Source: a bacterium
GTDB lineage: Bacteria; Patescibacteriota; CG2-30-54-11; JBAXVQ01
Assembly (NCBI GenBank): GCA_037128935.1
Contig: JBAXVQ010000002.1
Coordinates: 10,391 to 74,390, forward strand
Direction of reading: 5' to 3'
DNA: 64,000 nucleotides
Shown here: positions 19,004-27,982 of the stretch, piece by piece
Numbering within the stretch: the stretch's first letter is position 1
Layout: each line of letters starts with the position of its first letter
Translations under genes and position numbers: made by a program
Notes under the pieces: model-generated
Told to the model about the DNA's origin: nothing
Databases searched by the model: none
The model's input: only the letters and a program-made list of their open reading frames with translations

Positions 19004-19924
19004 ATGAAAAAAATACTTGTTACCGGTGGAGCGGGATTTATTGGATCTCATGTTGTTCGTGCTCTATTGAATCACTCTTACGAGGTGACGGTGTTTGATA
19101 ATCTTTCTGGTGGTTATAGGGATGCTGTTCCTGAAGGAGTTCGATTTATTGAGGGGGATGTGATCAATAAGGATGATTTAGAACGTGCGCTAATTGGGCA
19201 TGATGCAGTGGTTAACATGGCTGGGTTGATTTCCGTCCCTGAGTCAGTAGTAAAACCGATGGAGTACTTTTCTGTAAATACGATGGGTGGTTTAGTTTTG
19301 TTAGAGGCTATGAAGAATGTGGGGGTTACAACGCTGGTTTTTTCTTCTACTGCTGCAGTTTATGGGAATCCTAAGTCAGTTCCTATTCACGAAGATGCTA
19401 TTAAGTTACCAACTTCCCCTTATGGTGCTTCAAAGTTGGCTTTTGAGCATTTTATGAGTGCATATTGTGCGAACTTTGGGATGAATGCAGTGGCTTTGCG
19501 CTATTTCAATGCATATGGCCCTGATGAGCGTCACCAACCGGAAACGCATGCGATTCCTCGCTTTATTGATGCTATTTTACATAATAGACCTATTACTATT
19601 ACTGGTAGCAGTGAACAGGTTCGAGATTTTGTATTTGTTCGAGATATTGCAGAAGCTCATGTAATGGCATTGTCATTGCAAGGTTTTAATTATTTTAATC
19701 TCGGGAGTGGTGACGGTGTGAGTCTTGACGAATTGGTTACGACTTTGGGTGAAGTTGCTGGGGTTTCTGTTGCTGTTGAGCATGCTCCTGCACGTCCAGG
19801 TGATCCTGAGAAACTTATTGCCGATGCAGAAAAGATTAGGAAAACATTAGGTTGGGAGCCAAAAGTTAGTTTGCAGGATGGATTAAGGGAGACTGTTGAA
19901 TATTTTAAGCGAGCTTTGCGTTAG
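19004..19924 (+). CDS. galE: UDP-glucose 4-epimerase / NAD-dependent epimerase
   Basis: MKKILVTGGAGFIGSH Rossmann motif, SSTAAVYG and YGASK catalytic motif. A GGAGGA RBS lies upstream of the ATG at 19004. The ORF track start of 18971 is unlikely. Confidence 0.85.
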   Translation: MKKILVTGGAGFIGSHVVRALLNHSYEVTVFDNLSGGYRDAVPEGVRFIEGDVINKDDLERALIGHDAVVNMAGLISVPESVVKPMEYFSVNTMGGLVLLEAMKNVGVTTLVFSSTAAVYGNPKSVPIHEDAIKLPTSPYGASKLAFEHFMSAYCANFGMNAVALRYFNAYGPDERHQPETHAIPRFIDAILHNRPITITGSSEQVRDFVFVRDIAEAHVMALSLQGFNYFNLGSGDGVSLDELVTTLGEVAGVSVAVEHAPARPGDPEKLIADAEKIRKTLGWEPKVSLQDGLRETVEYFKRALR

Positions 19925-20030
19925 GTGAATATTTTTAGAGTAAGTGCTCATAGCTCTGCCACAATCATGTTCCGACGCTCCAGAGAGTCGTATTGATGGA
20001 TTCTCGCAACAATCTATATCTTGCAAACGG

Positions 20031-20076
20031 GGTTCTTTGTGAAAATGCCGTCACTACGGCATTTTCACAAAGAACC
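20031..20076. other. perfect 21-bp inverted repeat / hairpin with a 4-nt loop
   Basis: GGTTCTTTGTGAAAATGCCGT-CACT-ACGGCATTTTCACAAAGAACC, in the 254-bp gap between convergent genes. No U-tract on either strand. Confidence 0.8.
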
Positions 20077-20178
20077 AAAGAAGCGGAACAAAAGCACTAT
20101 ACGTCTTAGGTTTCTTTGCCAATAACGAATATGTGGCTTCAGATTTCTGCTTTGTCGGAGAGGCAACCCTGTGAGCAG

Positions 20179-21309
20179 TTACTTTTTAGCTAACTGGATT
20201 CTTTTACTGATGGATGGGTGTGAGTAAAAGAGAAATTCTACTATTGGGTTAGGTGTGTTGTCGGCGAGATTGAGCTTTCCCAATTTTTCCATTGTTGATA
20301 CAAAAGATTCTTTGTTTTTTGTTGTTTGAATGGCGAAGGTATCTGCTTGTCGTTCAAGTTCACGAGAGAACATGTTCTGGAGCGGCATGATGATGAATCC
20401 TAATGGGATGGAGAGTAGTGCTAGTAGTGGGAGTGCTGCTGGTTCTGCCAATGAGGTAAAGCCGAATTGGGTAACTAAGTTTCCGTATGTCATTGCGATG
20501 CAGTAAAACATACCAAACTGCACTATTCCTCCAACAATCAGCATTTGCCAGATGTGACCCAATTTCATATGACCTGCTTCGTGTGTGAATACTGTTGCTA
20601 TTTCTTCTTGTGTAAATTCTTGGAGTAGTGTGTCGGAAAGAATAATCCGTTTACTTTTCCCTATTCCTGTGAAAGCGGCATTGGCTTTTTTAGTATTTTT
20701 GCTGAGATCAAAGGCGTAGATGCCTTGGGTTTTGATTCCCAGTTTAATGCAATAGCTTTCGAGATATCTTGCGAGCTCTTTGTTTTCGAGGGGTGTGATT
20801 TTATAAAAGAGCGGTAGGATAAAGATTGGCGCGAGACGAGAGAGAACCAGACTGAAAAAGAATAAAAATCCTGCAACTGGTAGCCACCAGCTATTGCCAA
20901 ATATGAGAAGGCAACTATAAAAGACGGTGAGTATTGGTAATCCAATTATTCCACCAATCAGTATTCCTTTCCCTTCTTCGATAAGCCATTTAGTGAAAGA
21001 TTGATTCGAAAGGTTATATTTGTGTTCGATTATAAAGCCAGCATAGAACGAGATTGGAAAGGTTAACACTGCTTCTAGAATTCCGGCTACTATAATGAAT
21101 AGGAGAAAAACTACGTAATTGTGTTGCCAACAGAATCCTGTAGTATCACACCAAAGTGGAATATTTTCGTCTAAAACAATCTGCGTTTTTTGTGAAGTTT
21201 CTGTGAAGAAGAATAATGCAATGAGGATGATGGTGAGTATTGTCTGGGAAAGTGAAAGAATCAGCTTTTCTCGATTGTATGCTTTGGGGGTAGTTTTTTT
21301 ATCGTCCAT
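20179..21309 (-). CDS. M48 family (Ste24/HtpX-like) membrane zinc metalloprotease
   Basis: HEAGHMKLGH (HExxH) plus a downstream ELERQAD glutamate motif; multiple TM helices. Confidence 0.8.
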   Translation of the reverse strand: MDDKKTTPKAYNREKLILSLSQTILTIILIALFFFTETSQKTQIVLDENIPLWCDTTGFCWQHNYVVFLLFIIVAGILEAVLTFPISFYAGFIIEHKYNLSNQSFTKWLIEEGKGILIGGIIGLPILTVFYSCLLIFGNSWWLPVAGFLFFFSLVLSRLAPIFILPLFYKITPLENKELARYLESYCIKLGIKTQGIYAFDLSKNTKKANAAFTGIGKSKRIILSDTLLQEFTQEEIATVFTHEAGHMKLGHIWQMLIVGGIVQFGMFYCIAMTYGNLVTQFGFTSLAEPAALPLLALLSIPLGFIIMPLQNMFSRELERQADTFAIQTTKNKESFVSTMEKLGKLNLADNTPNPIVEFLFYSHPSISKRIQLAKK

Positions 21310-21333
21310 TTATCCCTTCTTTCTTGTTCTGAC

Positions 21334-21362
21334 TTGACAAAGTGTTGTTTTGTCTTTATACT
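21334..21362 (+). promoter_or_regulatory. near-consensus sigma-70 promoter (TTGACA-N17-TATACT)
   Basis: TTGACA at 21334-21339 and TATACT at 21357-21362, directly upstream of the pilin-like gene. Confidence 0.5.
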
Positions 21363-21378
21363 GTAGAGATTATTTTAA

Positions 21379-21753
21379 TTGTATAATATGTATATAAAAA
21401 TAAAACAATGTATCTGGTATTACGGTTGGTTGTTGCTCTTTTTTCCTGCGTTCTCTTTTGCCTGGCAAGTTGAATCCATTTTTGGTTTCACCGTGAATTC
21501 TGATAAAGGACCTGTTGTTGGGGCATTTATTGACGGGGTGCTGAATGTAATTTATGGGATGAGTGGCTTGTTGATTGTGTCACGAATTGTTATGGGAGGA
21601 TATGCATACATGAATGCTCGAGGAAATCCACAGGAAGTAAAGCTGGCTAAGAAAAAGATCTGGCATGCTGTTGAAGGCTTATTGATTATTTTTTGTGCAT
21701 TTATTTTTGCCCAGTTGGTTGGTGGTGATATTTTAACACGATTTCTATACTAG
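21379..21753 (+). CDS. T4SS-type pilin-like small membrane protein (TrbC/VirB2-like, PF18895-like pattern)
   Basis: Signal/TM segment followed by FIDGVLNVIYGMSGLLIVSRIVMGGYAYMNARGNPQEVKLAKKKIWHAVEGLLIIFCAFIF. This matches the remembered hairpin pattern (TM - GG.xY..s.Gnp....Ak - TM). The track start is TTG; an ATG lies at 21388. Confidence 0.55.
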   Translation: MYNMYIKIKQCIWYYGWLLLFFPAFSFAWQVESIFGFTVNSDKGPVVGAFIDGVLNVIYGMSGLLIVSRIVMGGYAYMNARGNPQEVKLAKKKIWHAVEGLLIIFCAFIFAQLVGGDILTRFLY

Positions 21754-21771
21754 CATCCTGGTTTAGGGTTT

Positions 21772-24700
21772 GTGTCTTTTAGACGGTTAAGCTTTTGGAT
21801 TACTATGAACAAAAAACAAAAAACAATTTTTTCTTCACTGTTCTTGATGGGCTATATTTTCTTTATTACCCAACCACTTTTGGTTCAAGCCGCCGTTTCG
21901 GCAGATCAGTTGGTGAATGTTCCCTACTACAGTGATGTGGATAAAGAAAATGCATTAATTTCCTTGGCAGAAAAGCAGTACTTGGGCGGAACGTCTAGTT
22001 CTAGGAGTAAAGATGCACTTGGAGCAACACAGTTGTATTCGACCACTTCTCAGCTTGCTAGTCGTGTGGAAAGCGAAATTCTAAGAATTTCAAAATCTAA
22101 AAACGGCAAGCAGAAAGATGAAATTGATACTCTTTTAAAAAGTATCTACAACGATGCATACATTAGTCCTGATAAAACAGATCCTTCTAAAACAGCACCT
22201 GCAGTGGTTGATAGTGTAAAGGGTGTGGTTAACAGTATTGAGGAAGTACTTGATAGTTGGACGGTGCCAAAAGGAGAAACTGATACTAGTGTTTTAAATC
22301 GTTTACGAGATGTGTATGGGTTCTATTTAACTGATGCAAAAGCAAACACTCTAATTTATACCTCTTCAACGCCTGAAACTATCCAATTTCCTAATTTGGA
22401 TCAGATAAAGGATCGGATTAAGAAATTACAGGCTTATACTGAAAAGGATATTGCCCCCCTGACCAGCGCGCCAAATGATCAAACCAACACATTGTTGCCT
22501 GAGTTTACCCTGCTCGGGAGAAATTTACAGGTTATGCTTACTTCTCAGCGAAGTCCGATTACAGGCAAAGCTTCAGTTGATTGGCCTGATATCGATCAGA
22601 AGGCAGCATCGGTGAATTTACTCGACATCGCTTCGGATTATAAAAATCTTGCAGCAACAAGGTATACTGTGGTTTTGCAAAAGTATTTGGTCAAAAAACA
22701 AGCGCAATCGAATTTGGCTACCAAATTGCATAAAGAGGTTTCTGATATTGCCGGAACGGTTTCTGCATCGCCGTATGACATGGATACTATTTCTGCGACG
22801 CTTGATGCTAAATATTCAACCATCCAACAGTTGGTTTCCGCTCCTGCTGATTTAAAAGAGAGTGGCTTTGATGGTTGGGTTTCTCCTTCTGCGGGAATAG
22901 AACCTATGAAGATTGATTGGGATAAGGCAGGTGTTGATGCAAAAATAGTAGCCATGAAGACTGATGTAACCAACTATTTGGATATTTATCGCCAATTTCC
23001 TAACTTATCAAATCCTCAAACTCAAGATGCTTGGAAAAAAGCTCGAGCATCAGTTATTGCGACACGTGATGAACTGTTGAAAGTGCTTAATCAAGTGCAA
23101 ACGATTGCTTCTTCACGCATTTCCGAGGTTAGTAGTAAGATTGATGATCTTAACAACAGCATCAAGTCAGCAAAAGAGACAGTAACTGGATTGAATACCA
23201 TTTGGAATGATATGAATGCTACATTGGTGTCTCTTGTTAGTTGGGTGATGGGAATTTTTAGTAGAAGTTTAAATATCGGAATTGAGCAGATTAGTAAAAA
23301 CACTTACTTGAAAGAAATACATGGTTTGACTCGTGATTTGGCAAATATGTTTTTTATTTTGTTCTTAGTTGTTGCGGGTTTAGCTACAGCGTTTGAATTC
23401 AATCCCAGAGAGTATAGTATACAAAAGCTTTTTCCTCGTTTTATTCAGGCGGTTGTCTTGGTTAACTTTAGCTTACTGATTTGTCAGATTGTCACCGACT
23501 TATCTTTGATTCTTTCAAATGTGATTCTTGAAAAGGCTGGGGACATTGGAAATATAGGCTCGGCAATTGCGACTACAGGCACCAATGTCTATGGGATTTC
23601 TGGTGCTGCGCCTGCGCTGTTGTTCGGGGATATTCTTACAAGTCCCCAAGCTAGTGTGTTGGGTGGAGTTTTTGATAATCCATTGGCTTCGGTGATTATT
23701 ATGTTGTTTATTTTTCTTATAACAATGGCTGTTGATGTTTTTCTTATTATCCGAGCAGCTGCGATTTGGTTTTTAGTGGCGCTATCTCCAGCAGTTTTTT
23801 TGATGTGGTTTTTACCAAACTTTAGTAATATGGCTAGAGTTTGGTGGAGAAATTTTCTTAAAGCTGTTTTTCTTGGTCCTGTTGTTGCACTTGTTTTTCT
23901 TATTGGTGTGAGTTTTTCACAAATTAGTTTGGCAGATAATTTTCTAAAAATAATTATTGGACTGGCGACGTTTGGTTTGATTTTGTTTCTACCGAGTATG
24001 ACAGGTGTTGCTACGGAAGGTTTTCAAAAAATTGGCGATTCGTTTTCACCACTGTTAAAAAGTTACTTACCACTCCTTTCGAATATTGTGATGGCTTCAT
24101 CGCAAAGCAGAAGTGACTCGTCTTCAGGAGTTTCACGATCAGGGTCTGAAACGAGTGAGGAAAAGCAAATGCAGTCTCAGTCGCAGTTTCTTCAATTAAA
24201 ACAGACGCCAGCAATCGATTTGAGAAAGCTTTGGCAGGATAATCAAAATAAAGTGGCATCACGATTGCAAGAACTTCAGGGAATTGCAAGTAATGAGACG
24301 GCTGATGAACAACGAAGGGGTGTTTCTGATGGTGTTGCGCTTCCAGTTTCTTTGGAGCATGTGGGGTTGTCGTCAGAAAATGGAAAAACTGGTAGACAAA
24401 TAAGTTCTTCCAATTCAGGAACTATAATTACGGCATTACCAAATATTGATAGTGCAAAGGTTGCTGCGACGGAAAAGATGTTGCTACAAGATAGTAGTGT
24501 TCAGCTAAGCGCAAACAGTGTTCAAGCTGTTTCTAGTTTAGGAATGCCAGAACTTTCGGCTGTGTATCGAGGCGCATCTTCGCAGGTGCGGGATAAACTC
24601 TTACTCTCTCTTGACTCAAAAGATGGAAATAATGTGCCCCTTTGGACTTCAAAAGGCCAAGAACAGATGATTTCACTTGCTGCGCGTGATTATATTGAGA

Positions 24701-26895
24701 GTATTCCATCCATTTCTAGTAGTGAAGTTAAACCACGATCGCTTGATCACTATCATACTCCTGCAGAATTTACTTCTGCTGTTGCGCAGAATCCTCCTTT
24801 ATCTAAGGAAGCAATCGCTGATGTTGTGTTGTCACAAACTCCTCTGAAGGCTGTTCCGCTTGCAACTCTTGAACAGGCGTACGCGAATGGAACAGATGAT
24901 ACCAAGGATTTTCTATTGAGTACTTTGGGCTCAGGTATTCAAGACAAAGTTTGGTCTTCCGAACAGGTATCTTTGCTCACTCGTCTTGCTGGGCAGGAAC
25001 GTATTGAACAAGCAAAACAAAATATTTCGACTCAGGCTGAGCCTGTGCAAACACAACCAATTGCCCCATCGCCAAAACTTCAAACTACTACTGTTCAACC
25101 ATCACTTACTTCTTCAGGGGGTAATTTTTCACAGAATGGGTTGGAGGCAACTATTTCGATGGTTTCTCCTGCTTTACTAGGCCGGCGAGCGCAGGAGCAG
25201 TCTTTGTTACATTCTCTTGGACAGCAAGTATTTTCTTCGTTGCCTCTAACTTCACTTTCTTCTGGAGATTTGATTGGCTCTTTGGGTAATCCTGATGTGT
25301 CAGGAATTTCAAATATGCGTGATTTTGCATTAAGTTTAGATAGAAAAAATCAGGAGAACCTTTTTCATCTTGTTGGAAGCAATGATGTTTCTGGAAGTAG
25401 ATTACTTTCTAACTCCCAAGAGGAACAACTTGTGTCGTTTCTCGGAGAGCAATATTACCAGTCACTGAGCAATCCAGTTCTTCCACCATTGGCACCAGAA
25501 CTGAAGAGCTCTTTACAAACATTAACGCCAGTTTCAATGTCGAATGCCGAACTTGGGCAAATGTATTCTTCTGCTGACAATCTGCAAAATCGGGATATGT
25601 TACTTTTTCTTTCGGAAACGTCTTTAACTACTCCTGATACAAAAAACGAAGTAGGAAGATTATTGGATAAGGAAATGCAAGACCGAGCAAGAATGCTCTC
25701 AAAAGAAATTATGGATTTACCTGATGACCCCAAGCAGTCTCCGCTTACAGCAGAGTCGTTGCAGGAGTTAATTGAAAATAAACAACCAATTTCAACTGAT
25801 CAGTTAGGGCAAACTTTCAAAGCGGGAATTCCGATGAAGTCTTTACCTATGGCTGATCTTCAGGGTTTGTATGAGTCATCTTCCCCACAAGAGCGTGATT
25901 TACTTCTTGGTTCCAGCAAAATTCCTGGAGTCTGGACGCAAACTCAGAAAGATTTTATTACTAGCCTGGCATCTGAGGATGAGAAAAAGAATGCTTTGAA
26001 TACCACACAGGAATATCTCGATGCTATGGATAAAGAAAAAGCTTTGCCAGTGCTTACATCGAGTACGGATGGATTAAAGAGTTTACAACGGGACTTACAG
26101 AATCCTTTGATGAGTTCCAGTACTATGACTGCTTTGGCTTCTGACTCAGGAATGCAGTCCTTACAAACAGCTTTGAAAAATCCTGAGCTTCAAGAAGAGA
26201 CTAAAAAAATACTTTCGGGTATTGCAGATAAAATTGATAAATCTAGTACGACTGATCCAGTCAATAAGCCACTTCATGATTTTGCAAACAAGGTTGCTGA
26301 TTCTTTTGGTAAAGATCTTCAAGCGCTTCCTAATAAGGATGTTGTGGTTAGAATGCAGAATTATGCCAAACAGCCTTTTGATAGTTTAAGTGAACCAAAA
26401 CTTACCGCGACGGCTGACATCACTATGCCATCTATAACGGTTAAGCCTCCATCTGTAACAGTAGAGCCAAAAATGGAAGGAACACCGCCTCAGGGTGAGA
26501 GCAAGGATCAATCCAAGGAGCAAAATTTGGTAAATGCTAAACAACAGCGGCAACAACCTGCAGTTGCACGTGTTGTTCAACCGCTGCCATCAAGCCCACA
26601 AAGCGGTAATGGTACGTTGCAGTCGAAGGATGCTTCTAAAATGGGAATAGTTGGTGAAAGTGATGGAGGTAAGATTCATACTGATGTGAGTGAATATAGA
26701 AAAAGCGCAGAATTTGCCAACGCGAGTGTTGAATCAACAGCTGCCTACGCTCGAGGTAGTAGTTCGGCGGCAGGAAATAAAACTCTTTCTCCCGTTCCTA
26801 AACCTGCATTTCCACTTTCGCCACCTCCAGTGCCTCGTAATGGTATGCAAGAACCCCAGATTGTATCGCCAAACTCTAAAGTACCAAATACCTGA
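21772..26895 (+). CDS. giant (1707 aa) membrane protein: secreted N-domain, polytopic VirB6/TrbL-like core, long repeat-containing cytoplasmic tail
   Basis: Signal-like MNKKQKTIFSSLFLMGYIFF (probable start 21805). Roughly 6-8 TM helices are encoded at 23341-24010. A Ser-rich linker precedes five divergent repeats and a Pro/Gln-rich end. Confidence 0.6.
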   Translation: MSFRRLSFWITMNKKQKTIFSSLFLMGYIFFITQPLLVQAAVSADQLVNVPYYSDVDKENALISLAEKQYLGGTSSSRSKDALGATQLYSTTSQLASRVESEILRISKSKNGKQKDEIDTLLKSIYNDAYISPDKTDPSKTAPAVVDSVKGVVNSIEEVLDSWTVPKGETDTSVLNRLRDVYGFYLTDAKANTLIYTSSTPETIQFPNLDQIKDRIKKLQAYTEKDIAPLTSAPNDQTNTLLPEFTLLGRNLQVMLTSQRSPITGKASVDWPDIDQKAASVNLLDIASDYKNLAATRYTVVLQKYLVKKQAQSNLATKLHKEVSDIAGTVSASPYDMDTISATLDAKYSTIQQLVSAPADLKESGFDGWVSPSAGIEPMKIDWDKAGVDAKIVAMKTDVTNYLDIYRQFPNLSNPQTQDAWKKARASVIATRDELLKVLNQVQTIASSRISEVSSKIDDLNNSIKSAKETVTGLNTIWNDMNATLVSLVSWVMGIFSRSLNIGIEQISKNTYLKEIHGLTRDLANMFFILFLVVAGLATAFEFNPREYSIQKLFPRFIQAVVLVNFSLLICQIVTDLSLILSNVILEKAGDIGNIGSAIATTGTNVYGISGAAPALLFGDILTSPQASVLGGVFDNPLASVIIMLFIFLITMAVDVFLIIRAAAIWFLVALSPAVFLMWFLPNFSNMARVWWRNFLKAVFLGPVVALVFLIGVSFSQISLADNFLKIIIGLATFGLILFLPSMTGVATEGFQKIGDSFSPLLKSYLPLLSNIVMASSQSRSDSSSGVSRSGSETSEEKQMQSQSQFLQLKQTPAIDLRKLWQDNQNKVASRLQELQGIASNETADEQRRGVSDGVALPVSLEHVGLSSENGKTGRQISSSNSGTIITALPNIDSAKVAATEKMLLQDSSVQLSANSVQAVSSLGMPELSAVYRGASSQVRDKLLLSLDSKDGNNVPLWTSKGQEQMISLAARDYIESIPSISSSEVKPRSLDHYHTPAEFTSAVAQNPPLSKEAIADVVLSQTPLKAVPLATLEQAYANGTDDTKDFLLSTLGSGIQDKVWSSEQVSLLTRLAGQERIEQAKQNISTQAEPVQTQPIAPSPKLQTTTVQPSLTSSGGNFSQNGLEATISMVSPALLGRRAQEQSLLHSLGQQVFSSLPLTSLSSGDLIGSLGNPDVSGISNMRDFALSLDRKNQENLFHLVGSNDVSGSRLLSNSQEEQLVSFLGEQYYQSLSNPVLPPLAPELKSSLQTLTPVSMSNAELGQMYSSADNLQNRDMLLFLSETSLTTPDTKNEVGRLLDKEMQDRARMLSKEIMDLPDDPKQSPLTAESLQELIENKQPISTDQLGQTFKAGIPMKSLPMADLQGLYESSSPQERDLLLGSSKIPGVWTQTQKDFITSLASEDEKKNALNTTQEYLDAMDKEKALPVLTSSTDGLKSLQRDLQNPLMSSSTMTALASDSGMQSLQTALKNPELQEETKKILSGIADKIDKSSTTDPVNKPLHDFANKVADSFGKDLQALPNKDVVVRMQNYAKQPFDSLSEPKLTATADITMPSITVKPPSVTVEPKMEGTPPQGESKDQSKEQNLVNAKQQRQQPAVARVVQPLPSSPQSGNGTLQSKDASKMGIVGESDGGKIHTDVSEYRKSAEFANASVESTAAYARGSSSAAGNKTLSPVPKPAFPLSPPPVPRNGMQEPQIVSPNSKVPNT

Positions 26896-27028
26896 TTTTT
26901 AGTGTTTTTTGTTTTTTTCTTCTTTTCTACGTTACAATGTTGGTGGTGTTCTCACTTGAGTTTCTTTTAGTTGTATATTTTGCTTTTTCCTTCTAGCTGT
27001 TTCGTCGTGTATAACAAAGAACAAATTC

Positions 27029-27934
27029 ATGAATTTACAACCTTTTGTATCCGTAATTATTCCGACGTATAACCGCGAAGATGTACTTTGTAATACGTTG
27101 AGTTTTCTTTTTTCCCAAAAATATCCTACTTTTGAAATTATTGTAGTTGATCAGAGTCGTCGGCATCTTCCTGAGACCGAGAAGTTTATACAGGAACATC
27201 AGAGCAAGATGCAGTACCATCGGATAGAAAAAGTAGGTACATCCCATGCTAAGAATTATGGTGCGTTACGAGCTAAAGGGGAATTGTTGGTGTTTTTTGA
27301 TGATGATATTGTTCCTCATGATGATTATCTGATTCAAAGGCATGTGGACAATTATCAAGATGCAAAGGTGGGTGGTGTTGGTGGTCGAGTGATTGTAAAA
27401 GATAATTCGATGTCTAATAACCCCAAACATATTGCTTATGTTTCTAAGGCTGGTATTTTTTATGATAATTTTTCATTAACAACAAAAGGGGTGATTGACA
27501 CTGTTCATGGTTGTAACATGTCTTTTCGTAAAGCCTTGTTTGAAGAAGTGGGGGGATTTGATGAACATTTCACTGGTAATGCATTTCGAGAAGAGTCTGA
27601 CCTTTCTTTCAGAGTAAGAAAAAAGGGATATACGTTAGTTTTTGAACCTGAAGCTGAGGTGCTTCATGTTCGATGTTTCTCTGGTGGAACTAGAAGTTTT
27701 GAAGACAAGATAACGTGGTATTTTCATCTGTTTCATAATGAGACGCTGTTTTTTCTTAAAAATATGCCTAAGCAGTATTTTCCACTTTTTCTTTTAGGAA
27801 AGTGGCGACCTATACTTGCCTGTATGTTCTGGTATGGGAAAGGCCGACCAAAAGCTCTTTTGACACCCTTGAATGGGATTATTTCTGGCATTAGGCATTA
27901 TCGACTGGGGAGGCGGCGAGGTTTGTATGATTAG
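27029..27934 (+). CDS. family 2 glycosyltransferase
   Basis: VSVIIPTYNRE and FFDDDI (DxD) motifs. Confidence 0.8.
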   Translation: MNLQPFVSVIIPTYNREDVLCNTLSFLFSQKYPTFEIIVVDQSRRHLPETEKFIQEHQSKMQYHRIEKVGTSHAKNYGALRAKGELLVFFDDDIVPHDDYLIQRHVDNYQDAKVGGVGGRVIVKDNSMSNNPKHIAYVSKAGIFYDNFSLTTKGVIDTVHGCNMSFRKALFEEVGGFDEHFTGNAFREESDLSFRVRKKGYTLVFEPEAEVLHVRCFSGGTRSFEDKITWYFHLFHNETLFFLKNMPKQYFPLFLLGKWRPILACMFWYGKGRPKALLTPLNGIISGIRHYRLGRRRGLYD

Positions 27935-27982
27935 ACGCTATAAAAATCAAATAATAACTAGAAATACGTAGGGTTGTTTTTA

